Shown: in pieces, positions 35,555 to 47,134 of the stretch
Layout of the letters: each line of letters begins with the position of its first letter
Numbering within the stretch: position 1 is the first letter of the stretch
Assembly (NCBI GenBank): GCA_002269645.1
Contig: NIVC01000352.1
Location: forward strand, 186,001 to 250,000
Origin: Macrostomum lignano
Lineage: Eukaryota
Direction: 5' to 3'
DNA: 64,000 bases
Notes under the pieces: model-generated
Told to the model about the DNA's origin: nothing
The model's input: the letters and a program-made list of their open reading frames with translations, nothing else
The model's database searches: none
Translations under genes and position numbers: made by a program

Positions 35555-37378
35555 TATAGATAGATAGATAGATAGATAGACAATTCCATATTCCAACCCT
35601 CGCATTCCATGACTGAGCAAGCTCTCTTTCCCCAGTGCTCAAGCTCCCAGTGCTCACAGCAGTAAGGGGTAGGAAGAGGCCCCAGCATCCCAAATCCCGG
35701 CTATAAAGACAATAAATAAAACCAGTTACTATGAGCAGGAGTTTAAGGGGCACAAAACTTGAGCTCACAGTAGTAGCCTTCCAACCTCAAGCTGCCGCAT
35801 GACTTGGGGTACATAAAACCCCGAGCAGACAGAACATGCCATGGTGACTGGCCTGCATAAGAGATATGAAAAATTAGGGAAAACCCTGACCTGCATGTGA
35901 GAGCTATAAGAGATATAGCAGCCCAGTCTTATCTTGACTGCTCTCCGTCTCTCTCTCACTGCCGCAGTAGAGCACTGTAGTCCCAGCCGTAAGGCTGCTA
36001 ACTGGTTATCAGCAAGGAGGCCGCTAAGTGAAAGCTTTAAGAAACTCTTTCTTAAAAAAAAGAATTTCACACACATTACACATAAATTAAATGAACGCAA
36101 GTGAATGGAAGACCATATTGGTGAGTGAAAGATAAAAACTAGTTGCAGTACAAGAGTGCAGCTAAGACCAGGGGGGGGGGGGGTCGGCAAACTCCGGCCC
36201 GCGAAGCCTCTCTATCCGGCCCTCGGGTCCTTTGAAACTTCACAATAGCAATCCGGCCCGCTCAATGCTTGCGTCTCTTCTCAGCTCTCTTCTCTCTAAT
36301 CTCCTCTCTTATCTCTTCTCTCATCCCGTCTCTCATCTATCACCTTCTATTTTCTCCCATTTCCTCTCAGATTTGGGCTTATCCTCACAGATAAGCCCGG
36401 GATGCAACTTCCTGGGTGCCTGAGGGTCTTACCTGGTTGAGCTGGCCGCTGGCTCCAGCAGCTGCACAGAGCTGATACGCTTCAAATAGAACAAAAAGAG
36501 AGATAAAAAGGCGAGACAGCCAGTCAGATCGGGCAGGATAAACAGGTAAACAGAATTAATATAGCAGCGGGGATCGGGTGAGCAATGTCGGCGCACTCAA
36601 TTATGCAGCGGGGCTGCGTGCTGGCAGCTGACCGAAGAACTCCTAGCACACTTGAACTGCCTATCTGTAAGCTAACTACATGTCAGGTTTCTCTTGATTG
36701 CCACACTGCTGTGCGTATTTAGTACACCCACACGCATGCAGAGCAATAGACATGGCATACTAAAAATTGACGTCAAACCCTGCTATGACCCACTTTCTTT
36801 CTACCGCCTGTTATTACCATTATTGCCGCATACGGTCCTATGTCCAGTCTTCTCTCCGATCTACTCCACTATCCCCTCTATTCTTCTTTTCCCTTCTCTA
36901 CCTTCTCTACTCCTTTCCATAGTCAGCTCCTTCTCCGCTGTCTACTCCTCCTCTTCGCTGTCTTCTCAACCTCTCCGCTGTCTACTCCTCTTCTCCGCTG
37001 TCTACTCCACCTCTCCGCTGTCTACTCCTCCTCTCTGCTGTCTACTCCTCTTCTCCGCTGTCTACTCCTCCTATCCGCTGTCTACTCCTCCTATCCGCTG
37101 TCTACTCCTCCTATCCGCTGTCTACTCCTCTCCGCTGTTTACTCCTCTTCTCCGCTGTCTACTATTCTCCTCTCCGCCTTCTACCTATCTCCCTTGACTA
37201 CTCCTCTCCTCTCTACCGCGCCTCGCCCCGCCAGTCAGCAGGCCTCACCAACTGTCTCGCAAACGTCGGCCTCGCGTTCTTCCCCCTCGACCAGTTCGGT
37301 GAGCTGCTCCTGCGGCTCTGCTGCTTCCGTTGTTGTTTCTTTCGGTTCCGCTTCCAAATCTGGAAGTGCCGATTGGCT
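22483..37378 (-). CDS. LIM-domain actin-cytoskeleton protein (EPLIN/LIMA1, LIMD2, XIRP2-class LIM), 10 exons, about 723 aa, 5' end uncertain
   Basis: Phase-consistent exons 37249-37378, 33293-33600, 30204-30323, 29570-29694, 28603-28676, 28313-28401, 26554-26727, 25952-26185, 23887-24282, 22483-23004 (2172 nt). LIM: CRLCQKKVYPMEQLTSDGHVYHKSCYRCHKCNRLLSVGNFGVLDNQLYCQPHYLEIFRMRG. Acidic N-terminus, LSNLKSRFE motif and four C-terminal repeats. An in-frame ATG exists at 37402 if 37379-37402 is not intronic. Confidence 0.85.
24440..25282. repeat. 23-bp intronic minisatellite (ATTCAATGGGAGCAGAGAGGCAG)
   Basis: About 36 copies in a LIM-gene intron. Confidence 0.97.
25600..25872. repeat. 23-bp intronic minisatellite (AATAAACTGAATTGAGTCTACTC)
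   Basis: About 11 copies. Confidence 0.95.
27080..27720. repeat. 78-80-bp intronic tandem repeat, about 8 copies
   Basis: Unit CTGACTTTGACGTCTCTCTTTACT...CTCATTGGCTGAGCTAGATTRGGCCTGCCCCCTAGG...TTTCGTCCGT. Confidence 0.95.
28760..29560. repeat. 21-bp intronic minisatellite (TGTAACTCATTCTGTCAGACC), inside the intron that splits the LIM domain
   Basis: About 38 copies. The array comes within ~10 bp of the donor at 29569. Confidence 0.97.
31088..31500. mobile_element. ~410-bp MITE, copy 2 (inverted relative to 16320-16729)
   Basis: CTAGATGGGCCACTCAG...CTGAGTGGCCCATCTAG. The interior is the reverse complement of copy 1 with scattered differences. Confidence 0.88.
32878..33186. repeat. 71-77-bp tandem repeat, about 4 copies
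   Basis: Unit CCAGCCAATGAGAGTCGAG...GGAAGAAAGGACAGTTCAAAAGGGCGAGACAGTGTACACCCAGCA. Confidence 0.93.
33780..34145. repeat. ~31-33-bp tandem repeat (AATGACCGATCATAATAGCTACAGGGGAATTCC)
   Basis: About 11 degenerate copies. Confidence 0.9.
34801..35580. repeat. Two (GATA)n microsatellite blocks with a duplicated ~98-bp segment
   Basis: GATA runs at 34801-35047 and 35411-35580. The segment ATAGTAGATAGCGAGAAAGAG...CACCGGAAAC occurs at about 35040 and 35312. Confidence 0.93.
36168..36262. mobile_element. Truncated hAT (Charlie/MER30-like) terminus
   Basis: CAGGGG...GTCGGCAAACTCCGGCCCGCG...ATCCGGCCC, typical of hAT MITE ends. No partner end found. Confidence 0.45.
36840..37212. repeat. ~20-bp pyrimidine-rich minisatellite (TCTCCGCTGTCTACTCCTCT)
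   Basis: About 15 degenerate copies adjacent to the 37249 donor. Confidence 0.9.
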
Positions 37379-40300
37379 CTGAAAACGAAGGCAAACACTC
37401 ATGAAACTCAAACAATAATTCGTTCATCAAGCCGCCACTAAAGCCATCCATCATATTTCCTAATAAATTAGAACCAAATAAAGTTATTTACGCAACTATA
37501 TTCGCTTCCTACGCAGTCAGAATTTACGTTGACTAACATATATAGCTAGAAAGACCTGTTACAGTCCTTATTGCGCAGTTAAATAAGCAGATATTTACTG
37601 TGCAAAATCGCTATAGCGTTACTGTATTTCTTTAGGCATACATGTGTAGAAGCCGTAAACTGAATAGAATGTGTTGCTAAAAATAGAATACGCCAGATTT
37701 TCTCCACGCCCTCACTGTGCAGGTAATTAAGAGTTCGATTTGATTTCAACTGCGTCCCTAAGGCCTAAGGGCTGAGATCTGAGACAAGTTGACCAGTGGT
37801 TTTGGGGTGGAAACTCTTAACATTTTGCTAAGTGTGTATTATGCGTTTTGGGGTCGCCATCATAAACCTGAAACATCACAACTCCGAAAGCAATTCCCAT
37901 CATGAACCCGAAATATCACAAACCGAAAGTTATGATGTTTCGGGTTTGTGCTGGGTGTTGCTATTTTGGTTTTCGGAGTTATGGTATTTCGGGTCTGTGA
38001 TATTTCGGGTTTATGATATTTCGGGTTTGTTATATTTCGGGTTTGTGATGCCCCCGTGTGGAATAATGGCCAAAAAACGATTTGTTATTGTGTCTGGGTG
38101 AAATTTTGTATACAATGAATAGACTGAGCACTGAGAACACACCCGGCTGTGCGTCTGTCTGACTCAGGCTTGAGTATGGAGTGGTCATAAACACACAGAG
38201 AGAGAGAGAGAGAATGATGCAGACTTCAACATCACCCAGACCCAACGCCTCTTATCTCGAATTGGGCGGGTGACGCACTGCACTAGGGTTGAGCACCCCC
38301 TTCTCCTTGCAAGTGTCAGCCAGTGCTAGCGCTATAACTCCGAACAAATAAAACAGATTTACAAATTCATAATAAACAATAGGCGTTAATATGTAACAAG
38401 ACTGACGGTTAAACGAAAAAACACAGGAATTTATAAAGAAAATTTCAAATGCAGTTTGGAATGGTGAAACCAAATAAATAAGTCAATGGCATGGTTGCAC
38501 TAATGATCCGCACTGGCACACATTGTAATAATATACAGGCATATGGGGTAGTTCGAAGCTCTTGCATTGAAAAGCACTAGTTAGAGGGTGATGATTAAGC
38601 TTCATATCCTGCATTCATGCTGGATCAACTATTATAAACAATGAAAAATTCAATGCACAGACGGCAGCAACTGAGCTGGCCCAGTGTGTAATTAAATCCA
38701 CAGGTGCAGCAGCAGGGCACGTACCATATGTGCGCAATGCAGTTTGCTTAGTTGTGTAAAAATGTGTGCAACAGAAAAATGTCAAATTTAGGGTCAGCGG
38801 ATGTTAGAATAAAAATCTAGTGTGCTCAAAAGTACTCAATGGTTATTACTAAGCTAAGTTAAAATTCATATAGTCAGAATTGTTAATATCTTAATTAGAC
38901 TATAGAAGAAAGCATGAGTCAACAATGGATACAGAATTAGTTAAATAAAAACATTTAACAGCTGATTTTCAATATGCAATTTAAATTGCTGATGGGAAGT
39001 CCTGAAATTTTTTGACGAGGAAATTTCAAATAAATTTCTTGTGTAAGTTGTCATATAATAGATAGGGGTGCACCACATTAAAGAAGTACATTATTATAAT
39101 AATACATAAGTAGTTGGTGTTTAATATGATATAATAACTTCTACATGACAACACACAGCATCTATATATAAAGCAAGCAAAGAAAAGCAGAATTATATCA
39201 ATGTTTATAAGATATACTGTTTTAATACAAAGCAAAGCATACAATTAGCTCAAATACTTACTTCAATGGCACTATCCTCATTGTTAGCAAAGTCTAGCAG
39301 ATTATCTGTGTTGGGCTCAATGGCAGCCTGAAATTAAATATGTAATAGTAAAGGCAAGATGCAAAATGTCTGAATCTTCTAAAAAATGTAAAATGCATAT
39401 CAATTGCTTCCTGTCTTAGTAGGTCAACAATCTGGTTTGCCATGGCAATTTTTGCAGCTTTATTAAAGTCAAATTCTTACTTGGGCTTGGTTTTGTTCAT
39501 CAGGTGTACCAAAGTCCAATAGGTTGCCCACTTCTGCCATAGCTATGCTTGTTGCTGCAATAAAAAATTTATTTGATCAATGCAAATCTGAAAATAATTA
39601 TCTATTTAAAATGAATGGACTAGGCCTAATATATATATATTATTTTTTATATTATAATATTATAAAAATATTATATTTTTAAATTTAAAAATTAAAAAAA
39701 AAAAAATATATAATGCATGCAAGTAAGATAGCCAAATTTGCATGTTATTTTATAAAATATTAAATACATTTCTATGAAATTATAGAGCTCTTCCTTTTTA
39801 GTTCTAATTATAGCATTTCAATTGAGTTTTCAATAAAAAAAAACAATTTGCTTTTTACTAATGATGACTTTTTATTAGAACTAGTGATGTCTGATATAGA
39901 GTCAACTATAATTAGTTAATGATATATCCATTAGAAACTCATAACCCTGCAGTTGCTATCTAGAAGCTCATATTGCAGTTATATACAAAACACTATCATA
40001 GGGACTTGGATACATATGAAAGCTTTATTTAAAAATATATATGGCACCACTGATATCCTATTCAACTTGCACTTAAACAAGTATCTTTGACACCATACAT
40101 GCGCAACAGTCGGCCGAGTCGGCCGATCCGGCCGACCGATTTGGCGGCCAACCAAGGAAGTCGCAAAAATGCCCACCCGAAAAACACACACCGAAGTAGT
40201 AGTACTAAGTAGCTGACGAGGCATTTTGGCTTTATAAGACAGTCCTAGTTACTCCTGCCGTTTACCCAAAGTTGCGTTAATTTTTCTTTACGGTTTCTTA

Positions 40301-41505
40301 CATCTAAGTCGCATTTTTGTTAAAACTTAGTCGCACGGCCGACCGAATTTTGGAGGTTGCGCATGTTTGTTTAGCACTATCTTTATCCAAAAATTCATTT
40401 AGCAACTTCATATTGTACTAGTGCTATGCCTTTATCATAGTATACTCGAATGTTCTTTCAATGTAATAACTGTATATTCGAATCTTTCTTAGAAACTGAA
40501 TCTACGCGAACGCCAAATAATAGTTTGTTTTAATGCGCGAAATAAATTGGAGAATTATTTTTTTGTTTTAATCGTATGTGGGAAAAATCACTATATATAG
40601 GAGCGGTTTTGCGACAAATATACTCTAACTGTCTTTTACTCGTGAGCAAATAATTGCGAACAGAATAAGCAGTTCAATCTAAACCATTTCAAAGTCTTTG
40701 AGCTAAATAGCGACTTATTTATTTGCAAAACCTGTGAAACGATTCTAAGAAATTTGCTAAGAGAAGGGAATTGGGACTAATTCTTGGAGATATACCAAGA
40801 GAGGCGCCGTGACCCTCTAGTCTCGGTGAACGCCCGATTAGGACTATACACTAATACATATACCAGTACTAGACCGCTCAGGCCATAAGCTACTAGAACG
40901 CTACCAGAAAGCAAGCCATAAGCTACCAGAAACGCTACTAAGAACGCTACTAAGAACGCTACCCAGAAATATTTAAATGAAATTCTAAGAAATAGTTAGG
41001 GAGTAAAAGCAAGTATAATCAGGATAACTGTAGTTGGCAAATCGGTGGGATTAAAATTGATAAAGTAAGAAGTGAAAGGCCTGTAACAACTTTGGTGGCA
41101 GCTCGTAGGATATTTAATAAACACTAATAGTTAGAAGTTTAGAAAGACAGAGCCAAAAGGCCTGTCACAATATTTTAGATTGCCCATTATTATATAAACA
41201 TAAGATGTTTCAATAATAAGTTGTTTTTATGGCAGAAATTTTGGCAACAAAGAAAAGATTTGATAACTAGTCATTTTAATTTATTTTACTAATAAAACAT
41301 GTTTTAAAAGATCAGATATAAAATATTATTACAAATTTATTCCATTTCAAGATCAATATATTATTTAGGCCTAACTGTCAATAGTGGGCATGTTGTTTAA
41401 TTTAATGTGCACATTTTTTGAATTAATAAAAAAATATTTGAGTTCTAGTTCTAGTTTTAAATTAAATTTCAAGTTAAATCTTAAAATACTAAAAAGCACT
41501 TGAAG

Positions 41506-41694
41506 CAGTGGCGTAGGGAGGGGGGGGATCAGGGGGGATGTATCCCCCCCGAAGAGCCTGACCAAAACTTTTTTGTTGCACTTTTTCGCTATACATGCTA
41601 CCATGTGAGCACTTTTACCTTGGTGTATCCCCCCCCGTAGGAAATTCACCTTGGTGTATCCCCCCCCCGTAGGAAATTCCTGGCTACGCCCCTG
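41506..41694. mobile_element. hAT-type MITE with an 8-bp TSD
   Basis: TIRs CAGTGGCGTAG / CTACGCCCCTG, flanked on both sides by ACTTGAAG. Confidence 0.88.
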
Positions 41695-42642
41695 ACTTGA
41701 AGAAGCTCAAAAAGAGCAGTATATGAGCTTTTATATTATAAATAATTATACTAGAAAAACTACACTATAAATAAAGATGATTGGTATCCTTAGAAAAAAA
41801 CTAAATTAAATAAAATATTATATTTATCTATTTTCTTATATTCTGTAAAAACCTCTAAATGTCATGATAAAGATAAAAAATAAAAATAACCAAGATAAAA
41901 ATGTACTTATTGCCAAAACAAATATAATTAAAGTCTAATGTTATTATCCAAATGAATTATTGAATTGATTGTTCAATTGACTGGCTTGCGCTAGAATGAA
42001 TCCTATTAAAAAAGTTTGATTGAACCATGTGCTAGAACAAATCTTATCAAAAAAGTTTGCTTGCGCCTTGCACCAGAACTATTCCTATCAAAAAGTTTTC
42101 TTGTATCATATACTGCAACTTTTAGAAAAAAATGCAAAAACCAATAATTTTCTTTTTGAAAAATACTGGTAAAACTTGTATTTGAATCTATTTCATAGAA
42201 AATGCAATGTTAACATAAATTAATTAAAAAGCCATCAATACATTGGCAAACAAAAAGTGCTAATAAAAAGAAATTACATGCTAATTTTCTATAAAAAAAA
42301 TATTGTCTTGTCAAAAGTGTTGTCTTACACCAAATTGTGCCAATTTTTTGTCTTGCGCTGTGCCAAGTTTTTCTTCCTTGCCTACTGTTGCGTGAGAATT
42401 TTCCATGAAAAAGGCCATCTTCCTAACTATGGCTTGGACCTTGGTAGCTCAATAAAAAAGAAAATAGTTTGTAGGATTGATAATAATTTGTCATTTGAAA
42501 CTTCTTAATATACCAATATTCATAAAGTCATTTTGTCTACTAATTTGGCCATTTAACTGCCATGAAAAATTTTAGGCCTATAATATAACTATAAGCTACA
42601 TATAATTAGATAATGATAGTTATATATGTCCAATTTTTTTAT

Positions 42643-43312
42643 GGCACTGCTTATCCCCACGGTACCGTAGGAATAATTTCTGTCTTATTCCAACGGTACC
42701 GTGCGAATAATTTTCTGCTTATCCGCACGGCACACTGAGCAGATAGCTGCCCTATCTTCTACATATGCCGTGCGAATAATTTTCTGCTTGTCCGCAATAT
42801 GAATATGAATCATGCGAATTTACATGATATATATGATATGATATGATCATATATAAATCACGGCGAGATCAGATTAGACTTTGCTAAAAATTTAAATAAT
42901 AAACAACTCTTAGAGTTAATTTAATTTAAATCATTTGTTACTACACAAAAAAATAGAAAAAATCTTTATTTCTTTAGAACAAATGTTCAAGCCAAGTTAT
43001 GTTGTTATACTGCACTCAAATCGTATGTACTAAACTTCCCACAACACGGCATATGTAGAAGATAGGGCAGCTATCTCGTCAGTGTGCCGTGCGGATAAGC
43101 AGAAAATTATTCGCACGGCATATGTAGAAGATAGGGCAGCTATCTCCTCAGTGTGCCGTGCGGATAAGCAGAAAATTATTCGCACGGCATATGTAGAAGA
43201 TAGGGCAGCTATCTCCTCAGTGTGCCGTGCGGATAAGCAGAAAATTATTCGCACGGTACCGTTGGAATAAGACAGAAATTATTCCTACGGTACCGTGGGG
43301 ATAAGCACTGCC
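42643..43312. mobile_element. Mutator-like non-autonomous element with long TIRs and a 9-bp TSD
   Basis: GGCACTGCTTATCCCCACGGTACCGTAGG... mirrored at the right end. TTTTTTTAT on both flanks. A ~69-bp subterminal unit is repeated three times in the right arm. Confidence 0.82.
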
Positions 43313-43343
43313 TTTTTTTATCCTAATACTAAAACTGGTGCGA

Positions 43344-43374
<31 letters not shown>

Positions 43375-45939
43375 ATGTAGCAAGTGAACTCCTACAATTC
43401 TGCCAAGTCAGCGTTGAAACTTATATGGGAAAACTGCAAATTTTCCGGAGCAGGCTTTGGGCTATTTTATCTTATAAAATTAAGAATGATACCCCTAACC
43501 TATAAGCTTGATTAGATTATTTTGTAATTTAGCATGTAAATATATAGCCATGCAGAAAAGTTTAATTTAAAGTGTAAATAGATTTTTATAAAGAGAACAG
43601 CATGAGCATGGCTAGCCTAGCCCTAGCTAGCTTGACTTGTCAAAACAGAAAACCAGAAAATCTTAATTTAAAACTCATTCAAGTAACATCAACATGAAAA
43701 GTACAGGAAACAGAGTGTAGACCTAAGAAGTCATTACATATACTAAGTGAAAACGATTTTTTATTTCGTAGCAGCGTAGCTGTCTAGGCTATGGCCGCTA
43801 TGCCTGACTGAGTGACTGGCCGCATCCTACGTGTGCGGTGTGCTTGAGTAATTTGTTGATATTGTAAAACAAAAATGGCAAACCTTGCTATATTATTTGA
43901 TCAAAAAACTTAAGAAAGTTATTAGATGCACATGGTCTGGGCGTGGCTGGCAAGGCTATGGCTGGCCAACGTCATAAACAATCGCCATCTGTTGTCAGGA
44001 AGTTATTGTGAAAACGTTCTCAGAAAATAAGCAAATTAAATTTTTTCTAGACTCAAAAAAACATTTAAACAAAATAAAAATATTTTAAGTTTTATCTGAT
44101 ATGTATTATTTGTAGCTTGATTGTAAATTTGATGTCTTATAATTGATTTTTTCAATTTATTGATGTAAAACAAAACATTCAGCTAATGAGCAATTGATTG
44201 GCTCAGCGAGTGAGGCAGCTCTCGATAACGTTCAAAATGACATATTTAGGTACACTTAATTTCTTGCTAATTCAGCGCGGTCTGCAATTGTGTATGTTGG
44301 CAGCCTGTAGTGCACCTGGGGAGACAAAACTTACACGAAGATTATATACTTCGTACATGAAAGCTGTACATACAGTAGAGATTATCAAAATGATTATAAT
44401 TTTTTTACAATTTAGATCTAATTTAATATACGAGATTGGAACAGCTCAACACTTTTTGGATTAGTTGAATTCCTTAAAAAGAGAACCAAGACGAATTTGA
44501 AGTTTTTTGAATGCATTCTAGTAAGGATACATTTGCACACAAATTTTATCTACGAGTATATGTAAAATCGTAAGTGCAGTACTTTTGCTTTCATTAACCT
44601 CGTATCTCTGCTATAGTGCTGTGAATGTTAAAAAGAATCAAAATTATTTTACCTAGAGTTATTTTTATCTAATAACAACCCTTTTCCCACATTAAAAAAG
44701 CTCCAGACAATTGCTATTATCTTAATGACTTGATAATTTTCCGTATTTGAAGATTAGCTGTAAGACCAAGAAATAAAGCACAAAACAATTATTACATGTA
44801 CAAACCATTTAATACACACAAGCAAACTCTTTACGCACAAATTAGTCTTGACATAAGTATGCATTTATAAGTAGAAAGTCTGTTACAAGTAAGCACGGGG
44901 GACGCATGCAGCGCGCGCAAAGCACAGATAAAAACGTTAGCGCAAAATTTAGCCTATTGACAATTCGGTTAACAGCAAATTGGCGCCGGACATATCGCGG
45001 AGGGGAAGGGTGAAAATATAATAAAGGTCTACGAATATATATATATTGACTATGAAGCAATATAGAAACTGGCCGGGCATGGTGAGCGAATATCGCATAT
45101 CCGATTATTTAGGAAGACGAAATGTATATGCATGCATTGTACAAGAGTATATATACGCCTGACTCACACTGTTAGTGATTTACTTACAACCGTTGCTACA
45201 AGAGTTAGTTGTTCGAATTTACTTTTCCAAAAAAGCAGATGCTTCAAACCAGCTTGTTAGATATACAGGAGGGAAAAAAGCAGTCCACGGGACAAAACAC
45301 GGAAACCGCGGAGGTAGTGCACAAGCTGGCACAGTCTGGGCCCCCGGCAAGTGGGACAGCTGAAACAGAGCGTACTTTAGCATACATAATAATAGCAATA
45401 ATAATCCGAACCGATAGCAACAATCAATTCTATTTTTTGATCAATAAAAATCGACAGGTGCAGCACAAAATGTAATTAGTTAACATCTATTAGTGATAAA
45501 TTTTAATAATTATTTTTATTACTAATAATAGGACGGTTGAAAATTGCGAAAATTGAATCTTTAATATTCATATATATTCATATGTGATATAAATATATTT
45601 CTAGAAAGAATCGCCAGCTTTGAAAAAAAGGCGAAATCCGTCAGCACGAATGCAGCACAGTTCGTTCCCACACACACACACTATATATATATATATATAT
45701 ACAAACGGCCGATACTGAATAATAGTCTTGTAGTGAAAAGAATTATTTAGACAAAATCGAACACATCGAGGAGTCAACTTCGGCATGGAAACAGATTCGA
45801 AGAAATAATTTGCTAAAGAATTAACTGCTAGCTAAACTTGTAGATTATATACTGCTTGTGTGAGCCATTTGGAAAGAAAGAAACGGTTTGCGTAAAAATT
45901 ACGCTCGTAATATCAAAACCATTTATGAGTGAGGTTAAT

Positions 45940-46280
45940 AGTGATATGGAGGTTTGCAGTGGGTCACGTGATATGGAGGTTGGAGTGAGTCACGTGATAT
46001 TGATGTTGGAGCGGGTCACGTGATATGAAGGTTAATGTGAGTCACGTGATATTGATGTTGGAGCGGGTCACGTGATATGAAGGTTAATGTGAGTCACGTG
46101 ATATTGATGTTGGAGCGGGTCACGTGATATGAAGGTTAATGTGAGTCACGTGATATTGATGTTGGAGCGGGTCACGTGATATGAAGGTTAATGTGAGTCA
46201 CGTGATATTGATGTTGGAGCGGGTCACGTGATATGAAGGTTAATGTGAGTCACGTGATATTGAGGTTGAAGTGGGTGATA
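45940..46280. repeat. 26-bp tandem repeat (two alternating variants, 52-bp higher-order unit) carrying 12 GTCACGTGAT E-boxes
   Basis: GTCACGTG recurs every 26 bp from 45963 to 46249. Confidence 0.95.
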
Positions 46281-47134
46281 TGGAGGTTGGAGTGGTAAGG
46301 AGTGAAAAGGAGGAGCGGAGTCCAACAAGGCTACAAGCAGTGCTGCAATTGTCTATTTAACATCAGGCAAGTGTCTGAATAATAAATTTCTAACAAATAA
46401 AAAACGAAATTAGATTCGGACGAATTTTAATGCTCGAATAGAGCACACACAGTAATACAAATAGGGCATATGCATGTACAAGCGTATGGATGGAAGTGTC
46501 CAATTGGATACCACAGTCAGACGGGCTGCAATTAATAATAGCCTTATTAATAATAGTCGTAGTTAATCCACATACAAAAGAAAGACGATCAAATCGCTGA
46601 CAACAGGGTTAATAGTAGTAAAAAAATAAGCGAATTGCAATGCGAGGCTGGGGGTTGACGGCGTGAAGCGTATCTTTGGTAGAGTGATTACAATATTACA
46701 CTAGAAATAGCTCTTACAGCGCGATAAAACATGATATGATCGCACAGTTTCTATTTGAATAGATAGCTTTGTCTATAAGCGTCCGAATGGAAAGGAGAGA
46801 GAGAAGTGAAACAGGGGGGTACAGAGGCAGAGAGAGGGGAGATAGGGAGATGCAGAGATAAGAGAAAGGGAAGGGGAGAGGGGAAGAGAGTGAGAGAGAG
46901 GTCGAGTCGATTTCCTATATGTAGGAATAGTGAGAATTCGAACCAACGTCCTAATTAGCTTACGGGGTTGACATAGGCTTCAGCCGCATTCATTGGCGAT
47001 TTATAGGCTAGGAGAGGAAATACGAAGAAAGCTAATGAGAGCAGATGTATAGAATGAAAAGGCGTGCCATTAAAGCAATAATATCAGCTGCACAGAGCAG
47101 GTGATGCAAAACACAACTCATAGATCACAGCAAT

